A stretch of DNA of 64,000 nt from Candidatus Spongiisociaceae bacterium (GTDB taxonomy: Bacteria > Actinomycetota > Acidimicrobiia > Spongiisociales > Spongiisociaceae). Of the stretch, positions 19,101 to 27,110 are shown in pieces. Position numbers and translations under genes: made by a program. Numbering within the stretch: position 1 is the first letter of the stretch; every line of letters starts with the position of its first letter. Location of the stretch: NCBI GenBank assembly GCA_965202665.1, contig OZ241841.1:1760001-1824000 (forward strand), written 5' to 3'. The notes beneath the pieces were generated by a model. That model saw only the letters and a list, made by a program, of their open reading frames with translations, had not been told where the DNA came from and made no database searches.

Positions 19101-19694
19101 AAAGCCGATGGCGACGCCCGCTTCCTGGCCTATGAGGGAACGGGTGATCCTAATGTCGCTACCGATTACGGTCAAGGGCGGCAATCTAGACATGAGTTCG
19201 CCAAGTACGTGGCGCTCTCCGACGACGGAACCGTGTTGGTCGCCTCCGGGCACTACCGAGCTGAGGCTGAAAAGCCGGGGGAAGTGTACGTGTGGAACAA
19301 ACCGGAAACAGGCGGCTGGAGAGTGCATCACATCGATCGGCGGCTACCCGGCATGACCCCCAACGTTGGCTTCAAGTTGAAGGTCTCGTCTCCCCGTAAC
19401 AGCGACGTGTTCGGACAATACATCGCCGTAACCGGCGACGGTTCGGAGATAGCCGCTTCCCGCCACTACCGGCAGGAAGGCACCTTCCGGGGTTCGGTGG
19501 TGACCTTCAAGCGTCCCGCCGACGGCGCCTGGGCAAACGACAGCACACCCGACGACGAGTACTTGGGTCCCTATGTCCGAGCCCACCTGGGGTGGCAGAC
19601 CACCTACGACAAATCCAACAGTGATCTATACACCGCGGTGTCCGCGGCCAATGATATGGAAAGCCCGCTTTCCATCTTCAAGATCACCCGATAA
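16116..19694 (+). CDS. Surface/S-layer protein copy B (signal peptide, 3 SLH domains, Ig-like stalk, FG-GAP beta-propeller); the only copy with expression signals
   Basis: MAKVSGRVWMVGLLVLGLVVSLL signal; three F.D..AI..L...GI..G....F.P...V.R.QMA SLH repeats; TVTATLTDQFGDPV Ig-like segment; FGYDVDI..VVVG, GFGEGVAISSDGSTIAV and GAVFVF repeats. Confidence 0.9.
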   Translation: MAKVSGRVWMVGLLVLGLVVSLLGVSPPGAVGTHGEEEDIDFAPMYSACVGRATDSAGFEDTAGIGAEEAIDCLFHYGITKGRSETMYAPSESVLRWQMALFLARASMAAGIVLDNPAEDQGFTDISAVSEEAQNAINGLAKEGIMPGTSATTFSPNSSVNRGSMAMLLDAFLSKATPGTGAFGEATEKYADVKADNFNVFTDVNTVSLNTYNAIYRIYELGVTKGVAEHQFNPAGLVTRGQMASFITRAFAHTIARPAGVSIQSEQDMVLGAQGVPLIVSVRDVNFQPVQDASVDVFRSADADEAFGDDGACVTANVNRVGQVGQTACEVDLGDSTTDASGDLTDLSLQITDADATVWAWTGDRGDKFDSDDTTRAQLTVGFSKAATQTLVTDNLEEGQTRSKFGETVTVTIQIADPDDKAVADKGKRVTVAQSTTVGDNTTSSTNSMTTDADGKIVLEFTQTDPSTNTGDSATVTLTLTNPPAGLPFKNEDGSDFSSDTYSWSDEAPRPATLTVTSRNEFVLASDEGQGAGNTVTATLTDQFGDPVRGKRITFTSDTLCVKKQPTDAECVTHGVGANNYMRTTGRDGRANLGYNYDNTNSVIEAIRATYTYVGTEGVRGVVDTTDPLPMGDPKDETVLTSEPVHHYWVEEPTGDPFTGRILVKDPDNDQVVVAAEEKLMLVKYDGNDQFNLESGTTIFSEFEKLLEENADPAGAHLKVTSYEDAAADVSVFTVQEEWPGLDHPAGANGRFNYPIVVADNGIIVVGHYLETVTSGGTQMPHAGAVYIYPNGMDTAANNIVKLTAPTPFACGYFGYDVDITDNTVVVGNAFVGIDSGRLRPVVGLGEGQTCAMSSSYEKKVYVYTRTDSGWPIDATFTSVDAQNNTGFGEGVAISSDGSTIAVVGPGSNNNGAVFVFEKPQTGGWVDNTTAGQGRLRGGGGDGVGWIRTERSVAISGDGSVIAAGGCNNEGSTGTCGGWLYVYEKDPTASWDGVTKADGDARFLAYEGTGDPNVATDYGQGRQSRHEFAKYVALSDDGTVLVASGHYRAEAEKPGEVYVWNKPETGGWRVHHIDRRLPGMTPNVGFKLKVSSPRNSDVFGQYIAVTGDGSEIAASRHYRQEGTFRGSVVTFKRPADGAWANDSTPDDEYLGPYVRAHLGWQTTYDKSNSDLYTAVSAANDMESPLSIFKITR
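16164..17775. repeat. 1612-bp inverted repeat shared by copies B (16164-17775) and C (22323-23934)
   Basis: Paired coordinates sum to 40098 throughout; matching alternative-frame ORFs translate identically. Confidence 0.93.
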
Positions 19695-19718
19695 GCCTTT
19701 CACGCAACCCAACACGCC

Positions 19719-19756
19719 AGGAGGCCTCCCCCGCTTAGCGGGGGAGGCTCCTCCTG
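19719..19756 (+). terminator. Hairpin after copy B
   Basis: ggaggcctcccccgcttagcgggggaggctcctcc. Confidence 0.7.
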
Positions 19757-19799
19757 TTAAAGCGGCTCTTGTTTTAGGGGGGAGTTAGAGGTTAAGGGG

Positions 19800-20231
19800 G
19801 TTGCGTTTGGGGCGGGGGGCGAGCGTTTTATTGGGGCGGGGTGGGGCGGCGGCCGGTCAGCTAACGTTCATAGCCGTGCCGGACGGTCGCCCCGGAGCCG
19901 TCCAGCCTTTCCAGCGACGGAACTGCGTATTTGCGGGTCAGCCCCATCGCGTCCCGGAAGGCGGCCACCGTGAACCGCTCCGGCAAGTCGCCCAAGCGGG
20001 CCAGAAGTTCTTCAATCTGTTCGGGCAGATAGACCAGATGGTCGGAGATCCGCACCAGCCGGCCTTCCCGCACCAGGATGTGCACCGGGTTCCGGGTCCG
20101 CCCGCAGTTCCGCCACCCGGGGGGCTTGCAGCCCTGCCCCCCGCAACTCCCGCTGTATGCGTTCCCGCTTGGCGTTTTCCCCCTCTCGGAAGGCGAGGGC
20201 GAAACCGGCCTCCGCCACCGCCGAACCCCTT
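19800..20231 (-). pseudogene. Degenerate duplicate of the selB 3' end
   Basis: Matches ~27090-27510 (HILVREGRLVRISDHLVYLPEQIEELLARLGDLPERF) with frameshifts and a premature stop. Confidence 0.88.
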
Positions 20232-20329
20232 GCTGAAGATCGTCCCTCGTATTTAGAGGCGATGACAGCCAGTAGCGACCCCCGCCCTAAACCAGCGCAA
20301 CCCCCTAATCCCACGCGGAGAGCCCTTAA

Positions 20330-20368
20330 CAGGAGGAGCCTCCCCCGCTGAGCGGGGGAGGCCTCCTG
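20330..20368 (-). terminator. Hairpin after copy C
   Basis: Same stem as after A and B. Confidence 0.7.
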
Positions 20369-20391
20369 GCGTGTTGGGTTGCGTGAAAGGC

Positions 20392-23300
20392 TTATCGGGT
20401 GATCTGGTAAACAGTCAGCAACGTGCCGGCTTCGACAGACTCTCGTATCCCGGAGTACAGGGTGCCGGAGGTCTTGTCGTAGGTGGTCGCCCATCCCATA
20501 CGGGCGTTAACCCGGGGACCCAAGAACTCTTCGTCCGGTGTGCTGTCGGAGGCCCATCCAGTAGCGGGCTTCGTGAATGTCACCACCGAACCCCGGAAGT
20601 CGCCTTCCTGCCGATAATGACGACCGGACGCGATCTCCGAACCGTCGCCTTTGATGGCAATGTACTGGCCGAACACATCCTGGTTTCTGGGGGACGACAC
20701 GGTCAGATCAAATCCTGTTGTCGCTTCCTCCGAATCCGCTTGAGTGTCAACGTGCCAACTTTCCCAGCTCGTGCCGGGCCTGACGTACACACGTATCGTC
20801 CCGGGCACATTTCTAGGACTAGTCTGACCCTGGTAGTGGTTGGAGACGACCAGGGTTGTCCCGTCATCGGTGAGAGCCAAGTACTTGGCAAACTGAGTTC
20901 CGCTACCACCCATTCCGCGATTGCGGATGCGAGCACCGTCGGTTCCTGAACCTCCGTCGGACTGGTCCGCCCAGCCGCCAGCAGGCTTCTTATACACGTA
21001 TATCCATCCTCCGGTATTGCCAGCGGCGATCGTCTCCCCATCCCCGGAGATAGCAATGGCCCGTTCGTTGCTATAGCCATTCCCGATTCTCAGTTCAGGT
21101 TCATCAGCGTGAGTGGCATCGGCAGCCCAGCCCGTGCCGGGCTCTTCATATACCACTATCCTTCCTTCGTTGCCCTGGTCGTCAGCCCCGATCACCGCAA
21201 TGGTGGAACCGTCGTCGGATATGGCAACTCCCTCTCCGAACCCCTGGCCGAAATCGGCATTCTCAGTACTCGGATTCGGGGACAATATCTTAGTAGTGGT
21301 GGTCGGCCAACCAGCACTCTCCTTTTCATAAATGTAGACCTTCCGCAACCCTCTTTGCCCCGCGGGCAACTGATGGTGGTATCGGGTTCCGACGACGATG
21401 GTGTCGCCTGCGATGTCCACGTCGTGTCCGAAGAAGCCGTTGGCTACGATATCCGTGGCTGGGGGGGTAAGTTTGACGATGTTGCCGGCGGCGGTGTTCA
21501 TCCCGTTGGGGTAGATGTACACCATCCCCGCGTTAGTACGCGTCACGTCATCAGTTTCCATGCAAGTGGCCAGAGCGTCGCGGCAGGAGCCCATTTGCAC
21601 CACAATGGTTTCTCTGGGGGCTCCGACGACTATTACTCCGTTGTCGGCTGCTACCGCCTCCCCAAATCTGGCGGCGGCTCCGTCTTCTGCCCCGTCGGGG
21701 TGGTTGAGGCTGGGCCATTCCTCCTGCAAAGCGAAGGTGCTGACTTTGCCCGCTTCGTCCTGGTAGGCGGTTACTTTCAGGTGAGCCCCCGCCGGGTCGG
21801 CGTCCTCCGCTAAGGGTTTCTCGAACTCGGCCATCACGGTGGGTCCGTCGAAGTTGGAGAACTGGTCGTTGGCGTCGTATTTGACCAGCATCAGTTTCTC
21901 CTCAGCGGCTACTACCAGCTGGTCGTTGTCGGGGTCTTTCACCAGGATGCGGCCGGTGAACGGCGCCCCGTCCGGTTCCTCCACCCAGTAATGGTAGACA
22001 CGAGCCTCATGGGAGTTCAGATCAATGTCGACGCCGTCGTTTTCAGGCCGATCTTCGCTACCGTCCGCTACTCCCACCACCTCGCTGAAGGTGGCCCAGA
22101 TGGTTTCGATGACGCTGTCGGTGCTGTCGTAGTTGTAACCGAGGTTGGCCCGGCCGTCCCGTCCGGTGGTCCGCGTATACCGGCCCGTACCCGACAGCGT
22201 ACGCTTCCCGCCGGATGAGCCGACGGTGATACCGGCGGGCGCGGTGGAACCCACCCCCAAAATAACGGAGCAATCCGCGTCCTCATCTTTGGCCTTGGTG
22301 CACAAAGAGTCGGAAAGGAAACTGATCCGTTTGCCGCGTACTGGGTCGCCGAACTGGTCGGTCAGTGTGGCCGTGACCGTGTTGCCGGCCCCTTGGCCTT
22401 CGTCCGACGCCAGAACGAACTCGTTGCGGGATGTGACCGTCAGCGTGGCCGGCCTCGGCGCTTCGTCCGACCAGCTGTAGGTGTCGGAGGAGAAGTCGCT
22501 TCCGTCCTCGTTTTTGAACGGCAACCCGGCCGGCGGGTTGGTCAACGTCAACGTCACCGTCGCGCTGTCGCCGGTGTTGGTGCTGGGATCGGTTTGGGTG
22601 AATTCCAAAACGATTTTCCCGTCGGCGTCGGTCGTCATGCTGTTGGTGGAGGACGTGGTGTTGTCCCCCACCGTAGTGCTCTGCGCGACGGTTACCCGTT
22701 TGCCTTTGTCGGCTACGGCTTTGTCGTCCGGGTCGGCGATTTGGATGGTGACGGTGACGGTTTCCCCGAACTTGGAGCGGGTCTGCCCTTCCTCCAAGTT
22801 GTCGGTCACCAAAGTTTGGGTGGCCGCTTTGGAGAACCCGACGGTCAGTTGGGCGCGGGTGGTGTCATCGGAGTCGAACTTGTCGCCCCGGTCGCCGGTC
22901 CAGGCCCACACCGTCGCGTCCGCGTCCGTGATCTGCAAGGACAAATCGGTGAGGTCCCCCGACGCGTCGGTGGTGCTGTCCCCCAAATCCACCTCGCACG
23001 CCGTCTGCCCCACTTGCCCCACCCGATTCACATTCGCCGTAACGCACGCCCCGTCGTCCCCGAACGCCTCATCCGCGTCAGCGGAACGGAACACGTCCAC
23101 CGACGCGTCCTGCACCGGCTGGAAGTTCACATCCCGCACCGACACAATCAACGGCACGCCCTGCGCCCCCAGCACCATATCCTGCTCGCTCTGAATCGAC
23201 ACCCCCGCCGGACGGGCGATGGTATGAGCAAACGCCCGGGTGATGAACGACGCCATCTGCCCCCGCGTTACCAGCCCGGCCGGGTTGAACTGATGTTCCG

Positions 23301-23934
23301 CCACCCCTTTCGTGACCCCCAGCTCGTAAATGCGGTATATGGCGTTGTAGGTGTTCAGCGACACCGTGTTCACATCCGTGAACACGTTGAAGTTGTCGGC
23401 TTTTACATCCGCGTACTTCTCCGTCGCTTCCCCGAACGCCCCCGTCCCCGGAGTGGCCTTGGAAAGGAACGCGTCCAGCAGCATCGCCATGGAACCCCGG
23501 TTCACTGACGAATTCGGGCTGAACGTCGTCGCGGACGTGCCGGGCATGATCCCTTCTTTGGCTAAACCGTTGATGGCGTTTTGGGCCTCTTCCGACACCG
23601 CGCTGATGTCCGTGAACCCCTGATCCTCAGCCGGGTTGTCCAACACGATCCCCGCCGCCATCGACGCCCGGGCCAAAAACAGGGCCATCTGCCACCGCAG
23701 CACCGACTCCGACGGAGCGTACATGGTCTCCGACCGGCCTTTCGTGATCCCATAATGGAACAAGCAATCAATCGCCTCCTCCGCGCCGATGCCCGCCGTG
23801 TCCTCAAAACCGGCCGAATCCGTCGCCCGCCCCACGCACGCCGAATACATGGGAGCGAAATCAATGTCCTCCTCCTCCCCATGCGTCCCCACCGCACCCG
23901 GAGGAGAAACCCCCAACAAACTCACCACCAAACC
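20392..23934 (-). CDS. Surface-protein cassette C: uninterrupted frame but lacking promoter, RBS and signal-peptide N-terminus (probably silent)
   Basis: Identical to B from GLVVSLL to PVRGKRI, then a different propeller; upstream lie poly-C runs and an IS481 remnant. Confidence 0.85.
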   Translation of the reverse strand, partial: GLVVSLLGVSPPGAVGTHGEEEDIDFAPMYSACVGRATDSAGFEDTAGIGAEEAIDCLFHYGITKGRSETMYAPSESVLRWQMALFLARASMAAGIVLDNPAEDQGFTDISAVSEEAQNAINGLAKEGIMPGTSATTFSPNSSVNRGSMAMLLDAFLSKATPGTGAFGEATEKYADVKADNFNVFTDVNTVSLNTYNAIYRIYELGVTKGVAEHQFNPAGLVTRGQMASFITRAFAHTIARPAGVSIQSEQDMVLGAQGVPLIVSVRDVNFQPVQDASVDVFRSADADEAFGDDGACVTANVNRVGQVGQTACEVDLGDSTTDASGDLTDLSLQITDADATVWAWTGDRGDKFDSDDTTRAQLTVGFSKAATQTLVTDNLEEGQTRSKFGETVTVTIQIADPDDKAVADKGKRVTVAQSTTVGDNTTSSTNSMTTDADGKIVLEFTQTDPSTNTGDSATVTLTLTNPPAGLPFKNEDGSDFSSDTYSWSDEAPRPATLTVTSRNEFVLASDEGQGAGNTVTATLTDQFGDPVRGKRISFLSDSLCTKAKDEDADCSVILGVGSTAPAGITVGSSGGKRTLSGTGRYTRTTGRDGRANLGYNYDSTDSVIETIWATFSEVVGVADGSEDRPENDGVDIDLNSHEARVYHYWVEEPDGAPFTGRILVKDPDNDQLVVAAEEKLMLVKYDANDQFSNFDGPTVMAEFEKPLAEDADPAGAHLKVTAYQDEAGKVSTFALQEEWPSLNHPDGAEDGAAARFGEAVAADNGVIVVGAPRETIVVQMGSCRDALATCMETDDVTRTNAGMVYIYPNGMNTAAGNIVKLTPPATDIVANGFFGHDVDIAGDTIVVGTRYHHQLPAGQRGLRKVYIYEKESAGWPTTTTKILSPNPSTENADFGQGFGEGVAISDDGSTIAVIGADDQGNEGRIVVYEEPGTGWAADATHADEPELRIGNGYSNERAIAISGDGETIAAGNTGGWIYVYKKPAGGWADQSDGGSGTDGARIRNRGMGGSGTQFAKYLALTDDGTTLVVSNHYQGQTSPRNVPGTIRVYVRPGTSWESWHVDTQADSEEATTGFDLTVSSPRNQDVFGQYIAIKGDGSEIASGRHYRQEGDFRGSVVTFTKPATGWASDSTPDEEFLGPRVNARMGWATTYDKTSGTLYSGIRESVEAGTLLTVYQITR

Positions 23935-23967
23935 GGGGGGGGGGGGGGCGGCGGGGGGGGGGGGGGG
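23935..23967. repeat. G14-CGGC-G15 tract at the 5' junction of cassette C
   Basis: Direct reading of sequence. Confidence 0.85.
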
Positions 23968-24576
23968 CCGCTACCGGGAGGAAGGTGAGGCTGGTTTGGG
24001 GAAGACCCGTCGTCGCGGCCGCGTGCCCCCGGCCGCGCGCCACCCCAGCGGTAGAAGAAGAACAACAGGCGTTACGCGCGCGGCGGGCGTTCCGGACGGC
24101 CAGGCCGGTTATCCGACGTTGATAGGGCGCCGGGAAGACGGCTATCAACCGCACCCTCCGCCGCTATAGGAACATTGCTCAGTAGGAACGCCATCAGCCG
24201 ACCAGCAAGCCGCTCAGAACCAGTCCCAGACGGGTGATGCTGCACGAACGCAGCAAGTCGGGAAAATCGCCGCTGGACCCGTTGGAGCCAGTGGCGGAGG
24301 GCTTGGTTTCGGGTTTGGTTGTATCGCTCTACTTTGCCGTTCTGCTGGGGATGATAGGGTTTGATCGTGATATGACGGATGCCGTGCTGGGAGAGCAGGG
24401 AAGCGAATGCTCGGCTGCGGGTGTAGCTCCAGTGGTTGTCGGTCATGATCTCCGCGATGTGGGTTTATGCCTAGTTGGTGGAAGTGGTGGAGGGCGCGGG
24501 CGGTGAACGCGGCGACGGTGGTTCCTTTCCCGTCCGGCAACGGCTCGGAGTAGGCGAGGCGGGTGTAGTCGTCCAC
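23968..24576. mobile_element. Rearranged IS481 remnant (5' part on +, catalytic part inverted on -)
   Basis: 23968-24280 resembles ~12150-12450; the minus strand of 24285-24576 gives DDYTRLAYSE..GTTVAAFTARAL..MTDNHWSYTRS..PQQNGKVERYNQT with a frameshift and a deletion. Confidence 0.85.
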
Positions 24577-24786
24577 AGTCCCAGCCTGAATTAGGATGTC
24601 CAGGTTTCCAGGCCATCAGCAGGCACCATCATCCAGGCTGTATATGACCTCTGGTTCAGCCTGTGCCTGGTCAGGCTGATAGTGGTCTGTGGCATACACA
24701 GGCAACAGGTATCTGACCTGCTGTTTGTTGGATGTAGCAGGTTTCTGCTGTGGATGGCCGCAATGAGGGGGGCTAGGCTCTGCTGG

Positions 24787-25235
24787 TTAGCATCGTGTCA
24801 TAAAAGCAGTATCGCTTGTTCTTATGTTAAAAATATATGGGTCAGATAGGCCAGTGGGGGATATTTCTAGAGCAGCATCTGACGCTGCTAGCGTATCAAA
24901 GTTTTGGTCTCCATCGGGTATAAAATCTAAACGCATCCAACGGCATCGATAACTACCTGTTCGATATCGTCCAGGTTCAATATAACGGATATGTGTCTGA
25001 TTATCATACCAAATCTCACCATTTGAATTGCGTATATTCTGAATATTATCACCGCCAGGGTTAGCCCTTACAAAAAAGATTTGGGTTCCACTTTGAAAAT
25101 CAAATTGAACATAACCTGGTATTTGTTGTTTCACCCTTTGTCGCCATTGGTTCCCTGCGACTATGAATGAGGCGAATTCAGCTCTGGTTATTCCATCATC
25201 AAACGCCCTTTGTAGTACTTTCAATAGACCATCTA
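24787..25235 (-). CDS. Low-GC gene fragment of unknown function, 5' end missing
   Basis: AT-rich open frame IDGLLKVLQRAFDDG..DTAFMTRC with no convincing start. Confidence 0.45.
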
Positions 25236-25325
25236 TCCTGCTCCTGGATGGCCTGCTGGATGGCCCGCACGGTGGCAAACTGGATTGCCATTTGGATGTT
25301 CTGCTGGTCAGACATCAGGCCTGTC

Positions 25326-25550
25326 CTATTCTGCTATCAGAGCATTCTGGATAGTCAGGATGACGGCAGGGAAACCGCAATCCTGGATGGACTGGTTGGC
25401 CTGCTGAACATCAGGTTCTGCCTGCTGGATACCTGGATGGTCTGACAGAGCCTGGACAGCATCATCCAAATCCTGGACTGACCATTTCAGTTTGTAATAC
25501 AGAGCATCCAGTTGTTTTTGAATACCAGTGTCAGGGTTCTGTTCTGCCAT
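25326..25550 (-). CDS. Small phage-like hypothetical protein
   Basis: 74 aa, helical; preceded by aggataggctg; within the CAG-rich relic. Confidence 0.45.
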   Translation of the reverse strand: MAEQNPDTGIQKQLDALYYKLKWSVQDLDDAVQALSDHPGIQQAEPDVQQANQSIQDCGFPAVILTIQNALIAE

Positions 25551-25733
25551 CAGCCTATCCTGATTATCTGCTCTGCCTGGTTCTGCGTCAGGCCTGTGCG
25601 GTCAGTGCTATCAGTCCATCATCAGGCAGGACAGGAATAGTCAGGCAATTACCTGACATCCGAACCTGACGGAGCAGACCCTTGGTCTGGTCAGAGCCTG
25701 ATAGATGTGGCCTGACAGACTGGTCTGGCGCCA

Positions 25734-26066
25734 TCAGGCAGGCTCCATCCAGGCAGGGTCAGATTTCACCATTGCCACTACAGCGTTCCAGGCCATCAGG
25801 ACAGACACTATTTCATCCCTGACTTCCAGCAGATTTTCAAATGCCTGATCGACAGATTTCCATTGGTTATGGAACATCAGGGCAGTGTCTGTGTCCAGAC
25901 CAGCAGGCAGGACAGGAAATGGCAGAACAGGCTCGGGTTCATCAGTCAGGCCTGCCTTCTGTATGACCTGTCTCATAACCTTGTCCAGACTGGCACCTGC
26001 CACAATGGACTGGATGATGTCCAGCAGGTCTGCCCTGACCTGCTCCGCCGTGTTCTGCTCTGTCAT
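25734..26066 (-). CDS. Phage-like hypothetical protein
   Basis: 110 aa; RBS-like ggaaggg before the ATG. Confidence 0.5.
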   Translation of the reverse strand: MTEQNTAEQVRADLLDIIQSIVAGASLDKVMRQVIQKAGLTDEPEPVLPFPVLPAGLDTDTALMFHNQWKSVDQAFENLLEVRDEIVSVLMAWNAVVAMVKSDPAWMEPA

Positions 26067-26343
26067 TGTTCCCTTCCATCTCGGGTGCTTACCCTATTTA
26101 TACATCAGGCTGATATGATTTGTCCAGTCCATCAGGCTCTGGTGGTGCCGTAAATTGGCATAACCGCAGGTCATAGGCGGTTTCTGCTAACGGCAAATGT
26201 TTCACGGCAGGGTCTGTTCTGCCGCTTACCACAGGTCTGTCAGGTCAGGTTCCAGGCAGATGTCATCAGGCCTGGACATTCAGCAGTCTGCCATTCCAGG
26301 CTGGATGTGGTCAGTCCGTTCCTGTCAGGTCTGGTGGAATAGT

Positions 26344-27044
26344 GGCTCTTCGGATTTGAGGGGGGAGTAGGGGGTTAGGGGGGTTGCGTTGGTTTTGGGG
26401 TGGGGTCCTCCATAATCGGGGTTGTAAACCTATTCCCGAGGGTTAGGAGGACCCCTGTGGTGACCGATTATAAGCGGGTGTGTAGGGTTTTGGCGGGGGT
26501 TGGAGGTTGAGGTAGTGGGGGCCGGAGGAGACGACCGGGGGCCTGGCGGTGGGGGTGCGGTTGGTGGGGAGGCCGCGGTGCGGGGTGTTGAGCAAGGGTT
26601 GGAGGAGGGCTCGGTTGGCGGATCAGCCCTGTTTCGGCCGGGCGGTGATTTTGGAATGGTCCAAACGGCGGCGGCGGTGTCCTGATGCGGGGTGCGGGGT
26701 GGGGTCGTTTGCGGAGCAGGACCCGCGGATAGCCCCGGTGCGGGCCCGGTTGACTTCTCGGGCGGCTAGGTGGGCGACGCAGCAGGTGGGCCGGGGGCGG
26801 ACGGCGGCGGGGGTGGCGGAGGAGATTGGTTGCGACTGGCGTACCGTAGCGAAGGAGGTGAACCGGTGGGGGGAAGCCCTGCTGGAAGCCGACCGGGATC
26901 GGGCGGGGATAGTGGAGGCTTAGGGTTGGACGAGACCCTGTTCCTCCGTCAGGGCCCTTGGCGGCGGAGGATGTGGATAACCGCGGCGGTGGACATCCGC
27001 AACCGTCGGCTGATCGACGTTTTCCCAGGTAAAGACGCTAAAGG
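26344..27044 (+). mobile_element. ISL3-family remnant (left end plus frameshifted, truncated transposase)
   Basis: End ggctcttcg; zf-ISL3-like LADQPCFGRAVILEWSKRRRRCPDAGC, HTH CDWRTV, LGLDET first catalytic Asp. Confidence 0.82.
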
Positions 27045-27110
27045 GGTTCTTCGCGTTTGAGGGGGGAGTTGGAGGTAAGGGGGTGACGCTGGTTTGGGGC
27101 GGGGGCGCGT

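Noticed and set aside
11064-23934. Diversity-generating retroelement as the cause of the variable propellers
   Set aside because: No reverse transcriptase or short TR/VR pair in the window; differences include indels and all base types rather than adenine-specific changes.
24577-26343. CRISPR array or tandem repeat in the cagg/cctg-rich region
   Set aside because: No fixed-length repeat or regular spacing; the pattern is a compositional bias.
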